NCBI GenBank assembly: GCA_010093605.1
Contig: MU004181.1
Coordinates: forward strand, 3,782,001 to 3,846,000
DNA length: 64,000 nucleotides
Reading direction: 5' to 3'
From: Lophium mytilinum
Lineage: Eukaryota
The notes under the pieces were generated by a model. That model did not search any database and had not been told where the DNA came from. It saw nothing but the letters and a program-made list of their open reading frames with translations. The position numbers were made by a program, and so were the translations under genes. Of this stretch, positions 12,124 to 24,370 are shown piece after piece; within the stretch, counting starts at the first letter, position 1; each line of letters opens with the position of its first letter.

Positions 12124-13997
12124 GGTTGCGACGTGCAGTGTAGGAGGCAGGGGATGGAGGTGATGGGGGTGAGTCGGTCAGAGACAGCTGGCTTCAGTCC
12201 TCTAGTGCGCGCGCGGTGGCTGGGGATGAAGGCTAACGGAGCTTGCTGTGGCGGCGCGGTGGAGCTAGCACGCGGGCAATGCGGACAGTGAGGATGTTTG
12301 TTCGGTGAGGATGGGCCTGCGATGACGGATATGGATGCAGGGTGATGCTGGGGCTGGGACAGTGGAGCTGGAGCTTTCGTGGGGCTTTTGTGCTGTCGAA
12401 TTGAAGACGACGCCGGGCAGATCTCCGCTAGGGCGAAACCGGCCTGGCGCCCAACACCACGGGCTGGATATCGCCGTCGCGCCCTGGAGGTCCTTCGTCC
12501 ATATCAATTCATGCGCTTGTGGGCGCCGAGCAGCAATTGGTCACTGGCGGGCACACAATGGCATGCGCAAACGTGATGCCATGCTGCTTCGCCCACGAGC
12601 TGCAAACGTGTTGAGGTTGCTGCGTCATGCCGTCCGCCTGACATGCCTCGTTTCCCTAGCCTCATTGCAATGCTTCTGCGTGGGTTCGTAGCACAACAGG
12701 ACCGCCGAGGGCACTCACTAACTAACCCCACCGCTCCGTACGATACACTGCGCCCGGCTGCTGCACGAGACTCGGCGTCGTCGCTTTTGACATCGGGCTA
12801 ACTGGCTGGAGACACGGCCGCCTTGCCGTCTTGACCGCCAGTTCGCGCTCCAGGACAAGCTCGCTGGGCCGCCAAACACTGCCCTTTCCGACGAGAAGGT
12901 TGCCAGAAACAGTCCAGTCACGTCTCTTCCCGAAACCTGTCTTCGGGCCTCCCAAGCCTGACGCAGGGGCAGCTGTCTCAGACCTCAACGCTCTCGGCAC
13001 GCTTGTCTATGGCCGTGCTAGACAAGCAGTTCTCACTATCAGCTTGACTCGGCTGGCGTATGGTTCGCAGAGGCCTCGCATCGCTCAATCGGCCACCGCT
13101 CATCGGCCACCGCTCATCGCAGGACTGCTCGTCCGCGGTCGACATCGATCCCCTCTCGCAGCATGGACGGGTTTTCAAGGTCACGTTATGGCGGAGACAG
13201 CCCCGGGAGGCCACTGCGAAGCAGGCGAGGCCACCGCGCCACAGATCAGCGGGCTTTGTCGCATTCTTGGAGGCAGGGAGAGCGGCTTTCTTTGTCTGCG
13301 TACGGCGGGCGAAAGACGCGGTTCTGCAGTTTGATACACCACGAACAAGCTCATCGCGCGGAGGCCAGGCGGCTGTCCGTGGGGCGGGCGCTAGGAACGG
13401 CGGCTCCAGCTCGGGGCGATGCAGCGGGGAGAGCTTCACGGCGAGACCATGGAGCTGCCGGGCTGCGGGCTGCGCTTCTTCAAGACAGCGCGCACCCGTC
13501 TCAGACACGGCTCGACTGCGATAGCAGCACAGTTGCGACTGGCTGCGGGCGTGGTGGCATGTGTGCTCTACTTATACTGGCCGGTTTGCGGCGCTGTGCC
13601 TTGCTAACCTTGCTCTGTGACTCCTTCTCGACGCCTGCTTGCTTGCTTCTTCCTGCCTTCTAAATGTTCTAGAAAGAGCCCCGCAGCATCTCCTCGCGCC
13701 TCCACTCGTCACGTCCAGCTCGACCTCGACTCAATTGCTTGCCATCCCATCCCGTCCCTCGCCCAACCCACGCCCTATTATTTGCATTCTCTGGCACCTC
13801 AATCCCTCGCCCGCGGCCTCAATCGCCCTGCTCTGCCTGCGTGTCCATCGCTACTCGCTCTTCGTATTCGCCATTGCGTCCTCTGCCGGCCGTCACACGG
13901 CAGCAGCGTCATCCCTGCGCTTTTGGCCTCTCTCGCGAACCAACGTCAAAGGAGTGCGGGTCCACCACAACCCCTCCCCTCTCACCACCACACCTCC

Positions 13998-15374
13998 ATG
14001 TCGCTGCCACCCGACTACTCCAATGAAATCTCCACCCTCAACCGCGAGATCCTGAAGCACAGCCCCCAAGACGTCCTGCAGTTCTGCGCAAACTTCTTCC
14101 ACCGCCGCCTCGAGTCCCAGCGCGCCGAGTTCCTGCTGTCCCAGCACCATTCCACGCAAGGCGGTGGCATGGCCGAGAGCACATTCCCCGGCAGCAATCC
14201 CTTCGGCTCCTCGCCCAGCGGCGGCCTGTCTACCGCTGGCATGCACCGCCTCGAGGAAGAGGAGGAGAACGACACCGTCGCCTCGCCCACCGCCCAGTCT
14301 TTCCCGCGCTCCACCGACGCCGCTCCCTCCAGCGGCGAGTCGTCCTTTGGCAACTTCGGCGGCTTCCAGTCGCAAGCCAACAGCCGCGCTGCTGCCTCCA
14401 AGTCGCAGCCGCCCTCGTCGCTCCCCATGGATCCCCAGAGCTTCCCTAACAACTACAACATGAACCGGCGGACGTCCGTGTCCGCCGAGTCGCTCAACCC
14501 CACCTCTTCCCTCAACGACAACTGGACCCCTCCCTACCACCAAAAGACGGAAGACCAGCAGACACGCCTCAAACAGGCCGTATCAGGCAACTTCCTCTTC
14601 TCCCACCTCGACGACGAGCAATCCGCACAGGTGCTAGGCGCCCTACAAGAGAAGCCGATACCCACAAAGGGGATAAAGGTCATCCAGCAGGGTGACGTCG
14701 GCGACTACTTCTACGTCGTCGAGGACGGACATTTTGACATATATGTCAACAAAAGCGGCAAGCTAGAGGCAGGCCCCGATGGCCTAGGCAACAAAGTCGG
14801 CAGTGTAGGACCGGGCGGGTCGTTTGGTGAGCTGGCTTTGATGTACAACGCTCCCCGCGCGGCCACCGTCGCGTCTACCGAGTCTTCGACTCTATGGGCC
14901 CTAGACCGAGTAACCTTCCGCCGCATCCTCATGGACAGCGCATTCCAGCGACGTCGGATGTACGAAGGCTTCCTCGAAGAAGTCCCGCTACTTTCGTCGC
15001 TAACGCCATACGAGCGGTCCAAAATCGCCGACGCGCTCGAAACACGCAAGTTCCCTGCCGGCACGACCATCATCCAAGAAGGCGATGTGGGCGAGTCTTT
15101 CTTTATCCTCGAGAGCGGTTCCGCCGAAGTCTATAAACGCGGCATTGACAAGGCCGTCAACAGCTACAAGAAAGGCGACTACTTTGGCGAGCTTGCCCTC
15201 CTCAACGACGCACCCCGCGCCGCCTCCGTCGTCAGCAACACCGAAGTCAAGGTGGCGACGCTCGGCAAAGACGGTTTCCAGCGCCTGCTAGGCCCCGTCG
15301 AGGGCATCATGCGGCGGAACGACCCCAGTAAGCTGGGGACAGAGGGTGTGGACCCGTTAGCTAAAGGGAAATAG
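13998..15374 (+). CDS. pkaR: cAMP-dependent protein kinase regulatory subunit
   Basis: RIIa-like D/D N-terminus (PQDVLQFCANFF), inhibitor site RRTSVSAE, two cNMP-binding cassettes (FGELALMYNAPRAAT, FGELALLNDAPRAAS). No CDS intron. Confidence 0.97.
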   Translation: MSLPPDYSNEISTLNREILKHSPQDVLQFCANFFHRRLESQRAEFLLSQHHSTQGGGMAESTFPGSNPFGSSPSGGLSTAGMHRLEEEEENDTVASPTAQSFPRSTDAAPSSGESSFGNFGGFQSQANSRAAASKSQPPSSLPMDPQSFPNNYNMNRRTSVSAESLNPTSSLNDNWTPPYHQKTEDQQTRLKQAVSGNFLFSHLDDEQSAQVLGALQEKPIPTKGIKVIQQGDVGDYFYVVEDGHFDIYVNKSGKLEAGPDGLGNKVGSVGPGGSFGELALMYNAPRAATVASTESSTLWALDRVTFRRILMDSAFQRRRMYEGFLEEVPLLSSLTPYERSKIADALETRKFPAGTTIIQEGDVGESFFILESGSAEVYKRGIDKAVNSYKKGDYFGELALLNDAPRAASVVSNTEVKVATLGKDGFQRLLGPVEGIMRRNDPSKLGTEGVDPLAKGK

Positions 15375-16404
15375 TGAGCGCTGGCACATCTTCTTCTGCC
15401 ACGCCAGTTTTCGAGGGTATGCCGCGCCTAGATTCTTTGCATGGCCAGATGGTAAAAGGCGGGTGGATGATGGATGGTCTTATTATTTGAAGCAAGAAAG
15501 GATGTCAGACGCGCTAAGGAAATAGGCTGAGTCGTTCCGTCACACGGCTCGATTCTCAGCTCTCATAAACGTACGCGGAATTCACGAATGGATTACTCTG
15601 GGATGGACGCGTGAATGAATGGATTGGATGGGCGGTTTTTCAAATTCAAGTTCTTGTTATTTCCCCACCCCCCGCTGCGCTCCTCTCTCCTCGTCCGTTG
15701 TGATATGGGAAATTCACAGACTGGCTAGGCTAAATGTGGTTTTTTCTTACTCTCACTACACTACTACTACTACTACAGCACCGGGCGCTTGTTACGTTTT
15801 TACGTTTTCTATATGTTGTGATTGTATGCGTACCATTCCGCACTGTCACTAAGGGTTGTCGGCCGCTGTCTGGGGCTAGAGCTAGGCAGGGGGCGGGCCC
15901 CGTTGGGAAGGGTTGGGAAACAGTTGGGTTGCTGTGGGCTTTTGTGTATCGTATCGAATGAGTCGGGTTTTGTTAGATTGCGATAATGGCAGCACTGTTC
16001 TTCGAGTCTTCGTTGTGGGGGTGGTTTATGACGTAAGACGAAGGTGGCTGTCACGTGATGAGCATTAGCTCAAGCTTCGCGAGGCCTGAAGATCAAATTA
16101 CAAGCACAGAAAAAGGGCAGGGCACTAAGCAAAACTAGAAACTGCTCAGAAAAGTAATGTTTCGATCGTTGAGCATCTCACTAACATCCCGCTCGTTCAT
16201 AAGCAAGTCCGAGTTAAGCAAGTAGTATTTTCTATTGATCCAGTAGCATTGAATCAGTTTTCCGGATAATGAGGCATCCCACTCCATTGCAGCGGTGATG
16301 ATTAGAGGCTTCGTTTCCGAAACATAACAGCCTACAGCGTCTTCGACATCTGTTTGCATCCACGAAGGCTGTGGTATTTAGACCATTCGTTCATTTCCAA
16401 ACGC

Positions 16405-17773
16405 TCAAGCGCCTATGACGCCGGACCAGGCGTCGAGGCTCTCGAAGAACTCCCCCATATCCTTGCCCGCATCACGCCATTCATACATCTCCTTCTTGAA
16501 GGCTTCCACATTCTCCGCAGTGATGAAGTCCACAACACTCTGCTTGGTAATACCAACAAGAGGCTGGCGGTATGAGACCACGAAGTCCTCGGTCTCCGTC
16601 GCTTGCTGAACCATAGGTATCAGCTTGTACTGGCAGAACCGAGACAGCACCTCCGCTTGTTCGAGGGTAAGATCTTCCCCGTCTTCTCGCACGAGTAGAA
16701 CGTCTCCGATGCCGTGCTGCCAGTGTCTAGGCGCAAAGCCCCAGCGAGGACGCTTCGGATTCGTATCAATCATGAGGAATAAGGCGGCTTGGTTGGCGAG
16801 ACTGTTGCCATGGCCACGGGCTTCTGAACTCTGTGGGATCTTCCAGGCGCGGAAAGGCATGTTGACAAGCTTAGAGATTGGCGATACCTCGCCATCTAGC
16901 GTGGCAGCATGGTTGGTGCTTACTTGGACGGCGACGAAAGGCTTCTTTCCGCGAAGGTCTTGCTCGCTCTTGCATGTGATCTTGACGCCTCTCATGGTGT
17001 TCGCAGTCTTCTCCGGCTCCTTGCCACACTCTTCAATACCTGTTGCGTTGTATTTGCCATAATTCACGAAGTAGTCGAGAATGTTCCGGTAGTCGGCGAG
17101 AGTCATGTCTGTACTGTAGATTGCATCCGAGCCTCGACCGACTTTTCGCATGACCATAATCGGACCACGCCATTGAACAGCAGGAAATCCCAAGGGAGCG
17201 GTAGCACGATAGAGGCTGCGCGTAGGTTTGGATTCGCTCAAGTAATCATCTAGGTTATAGACGATGATATCATCCTCCAGCACTTGATTGAGACGATGAT
17301 TGAAATGCACAACGCTGACGGAGGGCGCTAGATCTTCCATGTATGGAGATAGGTCGGCAGTCTCCACACCTTCGTCGGGATAGTCGGTGCAATGCACCCA
17401 TATCAGTGATGGGCGCTCGTTCTCCTCCGTGAAGAGGATGGCTCGCTTATGCTGTGCAGTCGGACGCGACTCATTCGAATACGCCTTGCAAAGAAACTTG
17501 TGTGTTGGCCAGTCTTCTTTCTGACACTTCTTAGAGCAATAACTGCAACTACGACAAGTGGCGCAGAGTCGGGCGGGTTTCTTGCGGCATATGATGCAGC
17601 TCTGAAGTTCGGCGGGAAGCTTGCCGGATGGGCTGGTGGAAGGCACTGGTGCCGGGGAAGGAGACTTGTTCCTAAACGACTGTTAGAGTGGTCTGAGACA
17701 GCAAATAGAAGTACGTGTAGACGGAGTACACTCACAGAGTAGCGCCGTCGCTGGTATCGTGTGGTTGCGCCAT
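16405..17773 (-). CDS. MYND-type zinc finger protein
   Basis: Exon 1 MAQPHDTSDGAT from ATG 17773, intron GTGAGT..CTAAC..TAG, then CIIC..CATCRSCSYCSKKCQKEDWPTHKFLC and a C-terminal domain (WGFAPRHWQ..GDVLLVREDG). Confidence 0.85.
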
Positions 17774-19122
17774 TTTCAGTTACAGTGTCGTGAGACAGTC
17801 ACTCTTGCTGCACCTTGAAGGAGTGTCGTCGAGACAAGGCTGTCGTGCTGGGTAGAGGATTTCGTCACCACGGAACCTTGTAAGCTGTTAGTTAGCATTG
17901 CTGAAACTCCCGAAAAGATCGAGCCCATTTCACTTACGTCGCGGCAGCCTGTGCCCAATGACCCGCCGGCGTCTGTCGAGGGAAGCGACAGGGCCTCTCG
18001 AATTGATGAAGTGCTTCGAGAAGGGTGAGCTAGTCGAAGTGTCTCGGGTCGAGAAATCGGTTCGCGACGGTGGAAGACATATGTGTGTGGCGGACAAGGC
18101 CAGTGACGGTAGAAGGCTTGCAAGTCCACCGCTGTCACCCGTGGACACGGTGAATAGAATGGGAGCAAATAGTAAGCAACCGATGGAGTACAGGCTGAAT
18201 TCGGTAGTTGAGATGGATCATGATTGAGGTGAATGAAAACGCAGTATGCACCCTAGTAAAATAACAAGATGAGATTCTCCCCGCTGGTAACAGCGTAGGT
18301 AGGTGCAAGTCATATAAGGCGTGTGACCTCTGAATACTACATGCTAATGTCGGTATTGATTCCGCGGTGAACCCTGACTCGGAGTAAACTCTAGAGTCCT
18401 CATCTCCACGTTTGGGTTGATTATCGAAAAGGAAAACTCTAGCAGCAGACCGAAAGATGGATTTCGAAATGGACGGCACCAATCTTTTGGCTTGTCGAGC
18501 AACGGCCCGTATTTATACGCGCGGTACAAAATCTGTACCAAAGACAGAAATTCTAACGAAAAATGAGACGAGCATATTGGTAGGCGGCTCCGCTCATATG
18601 GTGATAGTTTACTCCGGGAAACGAAGTGAGAAGTGAGATGCTGATTCTACAACTTCTATACCGTACTACCTCTCAAGGTTCTTCACGTAGCGTACCTGAG
18701 CGTTTCTCTTTGTCACGGAGATACAAATCATGATGCAAAGTTACGTTGCAAAGGCTGAAGGGGTAATCAGACGGAACCTTGGAAGACGTGTCGTTGGACC
18801 CTGTGATCGACAAAAGTTACGCACGTGGCTGAGTGAAGCTCGAGCTCCGCAACAGACGTCGGTCCTTGAACCTGGAAAGTCACTGGGCACCGCAATACAA
18901 ACATCTGCCTGCTTGAGGTACTTCGTCTGCCTGCTACATTCACAGTGCCAACCTACGCCGAGTTCTATCGTTTTCTACTAGGCACCGAGTCCACACGCGA
19001 TTCCTTCGTTATTATAACTACGCATTAAAGCCCAACACAACCTCTACCCTCTAAGCTTCTACCGCTATACAGCTGGTAAACACCATCGATCACCATCATC
19101 GCGCTCAGGCGCTCCCCTCACG

Positions 19123-20306
19123 ATGCCTCTCGATATCTCCATCCCCACCACGTCCACCTCTGAAGGGCCCAAACCTTTCACTAAATACGCCATCCGCATC
19201 GCTGCGCCCCTCCGAACCACGATCCTCCACAAGCGGTACTCCGACTTCGCCGCCCTCCACTCCCTCCTCACCTCCCAAGTCGGCACTGCGCCCCCAGCAC
19301 CGCTACCAGGAAAATCATGGCTGGGCGGTCTGGGCAGACTAGGACTCGGGAGCACGAATGGTAGTCCTGAGATGATCGAGGAGCGACGGAAAGGACTAGA
19401 AGCGTATTTGCGGGCTATAGAGAGCTCAGAAGATGGCCGGTGGCGTGTGAGCGATGCGTGGCGCAAGTTCATGGAGCTGGGTGCTGCGTCGGCGGGGCGA
19501 AACGGGAGCGTGAGCACGAACGCGTCCGGGCTGGGGAAGGATGCGATCAAAGATGGGAGTGATTGGTTAGATGCACACGCGGAACTAAAGAATAGGCTGC
19601 AGGAGGCTAGGCTGTGGCTCACGAAGAGAGAGCAGGCGAATACGGCTAACGCACAGCATGAGGCTGGAGCGAACGCAAAGAGGAGCCTTGTTAGGGCTGG
19701 CACGTTGATACAAGCACTTGAGCAAGCACTAGAAAGGTTGAGTGGGAAAGGCGGGAGTGAGTGGGGTGGCGAGAGACTAGGGGATGGGGAGGTTAGGAGA
19801 CGGCGGGATCTGATTGGGACGGCGAGGAAAGAGAAGGATGGACTGGAGGGTGTGCTGAACGCTATGGCTGTGAAGTCTGTCGCTTCGAGTACACAAGGGT
19901 CAACATCTTCAGCCAGCGCGACATCAGAGCAAAAGAGCAGCCTGTTTAAGGGTGCAGCAGGTGGTGGAAGGAGGGTACTAGGTGCACCGGCGAAGGAAAC
20001 CGAGAGGACGCGAGAGCTTGACAACGAAGGGGTTCTACAGCTTCAAAAACAAATCATGGAAGAACAGGAGGAGGATGTCAAAGATTTATCGCAGGTCGTA
20101 AGGAGGATGCGAGAGATGGGGGTGCAAATCAACGAAGAGGTTGTGCTGCAGAACCAGATGCTTGGATTGTTTGAGGAGGACGTCGATAGGTTCGTCATGT
20201 GCCACCAGCTAACACTCTCAGACTCAATTTCAAGGGTGCTAACTACACATACAGAGTGGATGGCAAAATCAGGATTGCAAGACAGCGTGCAGACAAAATC
20301 AAGTAG
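19123..20306 (+). CDS. VAM7: Vacuolar PX-domain t-SNARE (Vam7-like)
   Basis: PX motif KRYSDFAALH..LPGK; SNARE heptads EEQEEDVKDLSQVVRRMREMG. Intron ~20190-20253 gives the C-terminus VDGKIRIARQRADKIK*, with no TM helix. Confidence 0.9.
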
Positions 20307-20471
20307 GTTTCTCGACGGGGAACCTCTGACGGTATCGATAGCGACTCATATACCCGGCGCTTGCCTCCTGTTTTACGTAGAGCTGAATGCAACATCCATT
20401 TCTAGTCTGATTTCCCGGCCAGTTTCCTGTGCTCTGTCTTTCGTCTCAAAACCGGCTCTGAGGGCTGTCGC

Positions 20472-21283
20472 TCACCATTCGATCACAGAATCCGCCTCTT
20501 CCATCTCTTCTTCGTCCACGCTTGGAACCTCATAAGCCACCCCAAAATCCCTCAAGCGCCTTACATTTCCACGCCGAATATCCTCTCGAATCTCCCTCAT
20601 CACCAAATCGAAAAATCGGCGCGGCGGAAATGCGTCCATCTCCCCTTCCAAATCCTCCTCCTCCATGATTCTCACCTCCTCTTCATCCTCCATGTCCTCA
20701 TCTCTACGCTCTCATCGTTACCCCCGCTCGTCATAACATGCAGCAAAGGACAAACTCACCTGTCCTCATCTTCGCCCTCCCCAGGCTCACCGGTCTCTCC
20801 GCCCTCCAAATCATCCCGTGCCTCCGCCCTCTCCAACACCTCCGCCACCTCCTCCAAGCACTCCGCAACCTCCTTCTCATCCCCCCGCTGCTCATGGTAG
20901 ATCCCATCCTCATCGGCCTTCCAGGTTCTGATATACCTTTCTCGCGCTTCAAATCCGTCTCCCTCCTCCGCCTCTCTAACCGCCGCCAGGAACTGGTTCT
21001 CGATCCGCCGCAGCGGGCGCGCCGGGATGACATACACGAGGAGTGCCGCACGTGTGAACCGGGTGACAAACGCATCGGGGTGGAAGCTTGATCTGGGGTC
21101 TAGGGCCAGGAAGAAGAGGAACCGTAGGGCGTCGAGGGGTAGGGTGGGGTCGGCACGGTTGTGGGCCATGCGAATGACGTCGCGGATCCGCGGTTTGGTG
21201 TAGTAGAGGTTTTCGGAGATGTCGGGGGGTGTGCTGAGGGGTGCGAGCAGGTCCCGAGAGCTGATTGAGGCGCCGCCAATCAT
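20472..21283 (-). CDS. Hypothetical acidic protein (2 exons)
   Basis: ORFs 20756-21283 and 20472-20693 join in frame through a GTGAGT..TAG intron; no domain recognised. Confidence 0.55.
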
Positions 21284-21666
21284 GGTGGGCTGTTGGGTCG
21301 TTGTGGTTTGTGGATTGGAATTGAGTAGGCTTTGGATGAGGATTGCGATGGGTTATGAGAAGTTGAGAGGAGATGGAGGGTTGAAGGATGAGGCTGTTTT
21401 ATATGCACTACAGACTGAATGTGAGGGTGAAGGTTGTATTATATCAAGCGAAGTGCGGTTTCACCGTATTTTAAGGGGGATTTGATACGGCTCGTGAAAG
21501 GTGAAGGCTAGCAATGATTGTTTGACGGCGTCGGCAACCTGGCAGAAGCCCTCCTTGGGCGATTAAGAAGCGTCAAGAGCTATACACTGTGAATGGGATT
21601 TGAATCCCTAACTTCGTGCAGTCTAAGTCTGAAATAACTTGGGGAGATCAAAGACTTACAATAATA

Positions 21667-21860
21667 GACCATATGTCTGGGCACACGGAACTGTCACTGC
21701 TTCGCTCCAATGCTGCTCGCTCGACACCACTGTATGGGGTAGCCTGGCTGCTGACCAGCCAAGTATCCAAAAGGCAGTCCAATCTACACTGCTTGAAACT
21801 CGACATTGCCTTGGATGTTCGAGATCCTGTGAGTACACCCCACACAGTTGCGAACCAGTT
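21667..21860. mobile_element. Degenerate copy of the ~200-bp MITE-like element at 22718-22925
   Basis: GACCATATGTCTGGGCACACGG matches that element's left TIR; internal segments align with mostly transition differences; right TIR not evident. Confidence 0.6.
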
Positions 21861-21935
21861 CAACGTCTGAATTTAAGCAATACCTAATAAGACAGCACTA
21901 TCCAATTGCTCATTTGGCATTTTTCTCAGATGCCC

Positions 21936-22453
21936 CTAATCTTTCAGTTGCTCAACATACGCCGGGGGCGCACTCTTACTACTCTCGGCCACAACGGGAG
22001 GCGGTGCAGAAATCAACCCCCCAAGCTCAAACTCTGTGTCCAACTTCACCAAGTAGATCGACTCCAATGTACCACAGTGATGAACTCCGGGCGTCTGGTA
22101 CAGCCTCTGCACTTTTCTACAGAATTGTTGCCATACTTCGGGCGAGCCGTGAAAGTCGACATATGCGATCATGTGATCGGCGATGGTAGAGACACCGAAG
22201 AGGCCTTTAGCAGGCTTCATGCCGTAGCCACCCTGTGATGAGACGTTAGTATAAATCGCGCAAGAAGTACCGGAAGATGATTTACATATGCTCTGACGAC
22301 TTCGCCATTGAGGGTCGGGTGGAACATAACACGCACGGCATCGGGATCGGAGCCGAAGGTGTCTGCATGGAGCTTTGCCAGGTTCTTCGTGAATGCGGCG
22401 GTTGCAGCGCGATTGTCATGCAACGTTAGAATGTAAATGTGGTAGACTGGCAT
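21936..22453 (-). CDS. Tautomerase superfamily (MIF/cis-CaaD-like) protein, 2 exons
   Basis: Begins M-P-V-Y (Pro1 after Met removal), LAKLHADTFG..VRVMF. Intron GTAAAT..CTAAC..CAG joins to GGYGMKPAK in frame. Confidence 0.65.
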
Positions 22454-22717
22454 GCTTTACAACCTGTGATGGAAGAATCGGAAAAGAATGGCTCCAAACG
22501 GGAAATGGGATGAGAGCTCTCTGTTGTATTAATATCACGACGAGGCTGACCGAATGATTCCCATACCTAGCCACCAGTGTGGCAGCCTTGGGCTGGGCAA
22601 CGATCACCTCATAATATCAACTGAAAATGAGCCTCGCATTCAATATGAGCACAGCCACAATGAAGCTTGGCAGAGCCCGAGAATAAGAACCTAGGTACAT
22701 ACCTACCTACAATACTT

Positions 22718-22925
22718 GGCCATAAGTCTGGGCACACGGATTTACCCAATTACTGTTCAGCTCCAATCTTGCTCACTTGACACCACTAAGAGGAGTAGCC
22801 CAGCCAGTCATTGGGCAGCGAGTTGAGTAGCAGTCTGCCTGGAACTTGGCATCGCGCCCAGAGGTTCAGAACTTTCATGGGGGTACCCCGTGTAGTGCCA
22901 AACTGGTGTGCGCAGACTTATGGCC
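22718..22925. mobile_element. MITE-like element, 208 bp, ~20-bp TIRs
   Basis: Left GGCCATAAGTCTGGGCACAC and right GTGTGCGCAGACTTATGGCC are 19/20 inverted match; non-coding; no clear TSD. Confidence 0.7.
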
Positions 22926-23356
22926 AGTCACTCTATCAGCACCCAACAGGGTATTCTCACATAGTTTCTGCACAAACCGGCGGAGATGGCATGATTTTGA
23001 TTACCGCTGGAGAACCGGGCAAGGTCGCTTTTGCACAGAAGGCAGCTGAACAGTGATATTGCTGTAGATCTGGCATATGGGAAATGAGAGCACGCTTAGA
23101 GATTTGCTTTGGGCGGGCCTTGTTTTGGTCCACGAATATGGTTGAAAATGGGGGTCTATTTGGGGCAACCCAGCTCTGCTAAAAGAGCAAGCACACGGGG
23201 AATTGGGATGGAGTGGTTTGGTGTCTTAATTTCTACGGGATGAATGTGAAATGTTTCTTATTGCCATACCTGCGTTGAAATTGTCTGAATAGTCATACCG
23301 TTAAGTTAGCTTTAATCGTAGGTTCCAAACGAACAGCAACGATACAGCCTCTAGAC

Positions 23357-24370
23357 TCATTGGGGTACTGCACTGTCTATTTCGGCCGTCGCCATAAGGC
23401 CGTAATGGTCAGTCACCCATTCTTCACAGCCTAAGTCTCGTAATCCCCGTCTCTTGTCCTCGGCAACCTTGATTCCCACTCCTACTCTTTGTAGTGCCGT
23501 CACCGTTACCGAGCCACAGTGCAGGACCTTATCCATCCTGCTGCAACCAAACCTATCCTTCATCCACTGCGGTACTTGTTGGCCCCATGTATAGCCCTCT
23601 TCGGAGTCCTCCGCCCCTCCAAGTTCTAAGTAGGCATCCTTCAGTCCATTGTCCGAGTGGAGAGTCCGGTCAAAAGGCTGTATAGCATTGAGGTCTCCCG
23701 CAAGCAATGCGGCGTGCACGTGTTCCTCGTGCAGATATCGGGCGGCAGAGGCCAGCTGTAAGGGCCGAATCGGAGGGTCTGCCACGAGGGACTCGAGGTG
23801 CGTGTTGCATAGTCGCAACACCCTCGTGTTTCTATCCGATTCATGGTGCAGGGTAATGTCTACGAACAGTCCATCACGCTCGAATTTGGTCACCCAAGGC
23901 ACCCGGAATAGCTGTGAGACCAAGAGTCTCCTATCCACGAGGGTCGTTGTACCATACAATGGACTGCCCCAGCTTCTTTCGTCGACGTCGGTGAGGAAGA
24001 AGCGTGCCTGGATCCAATTACTAGCCCGTATTTGCGCCATATCGGACTGGCCCATCTCTTGGAGAAATACAACGATCGGTTGGGACGCCGGTACACTGGA
24101 GATGAGGCTCTCGAGATGCTCCAGGGCGGCTGCCATGCGTGCCTCCGCTCCACCTGTCAGGACGTCAATGTTCCAAGTGATCAGACATATGGACGAGACT
24201 TTGGTGCTGCCAATGGCTATGGTGGATGTGTTTTCCTGCCAGCTTGCCCCATCATAAGCCCAGTAGGATTGGGCCTTTGGCTGATAGTGCGATTCCTCGA
24301 GCACCTGGGCGGGGGGCTCTGCAAGCTTTGCAGCTAAAGTAGCTTCGATAGATGCGGGTTTAGGAGGCAT
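23357..24370 (-). CDS. EEP-family phosphodiesterase, tyrosyl-DNA phosphodiesterase 2-like
   Basis: Motifs TWNID, FLQE, THLES, AGDLN, RMDK, TDHYGL. Confidence 0.85.
   Translation of the reverse strand: MPPKPASIEATLAAKLAEPPAQVLEESHYQPKAQSYWAYDGASWQENTSTIAIGSTKVSSICLITWNIDVLTGGAEARMAAALEHLESLISSVPASQPIVVFLQEMGQSDMAQIRASNWIQARFFLTDVDERSWGSPLYGTTTLVDRRLLVSQLFRVPWVTKFERDGLFVDITLHHESDRNTRVLRLCNTHLESLVADPPIRPLQLASAARYLHEEHVHAALLAGDLNAIQPFDRTLHSDNGLKDAYLELGGAEDSEEGYTWGQQVPQWMKDRFGCSRMDKVLHCGSVTVTALQRVGVGIKVAEDKRRGLRDLGCEEWVTDHYGLMATAEIDSAVPQ

Noticed and set aside
12265..13663. Many overlapping 120-180 aa ORFs
   Set aside because: GC-rich divergent promoter region; no domains or coding-like composition.
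13617..13997. 127-codon N-terminal extension of pkaR from a GTG
   Set aside because: Pyrimidine-rich leader; recognisable protein begins at ATG 13998.
20190..20535. Hydrophobic C-terminal extension of the Vam7 ORF
   Set aside because: Read-through of an intron; the spliced form ends at 20306 and completes the SNARE motif.
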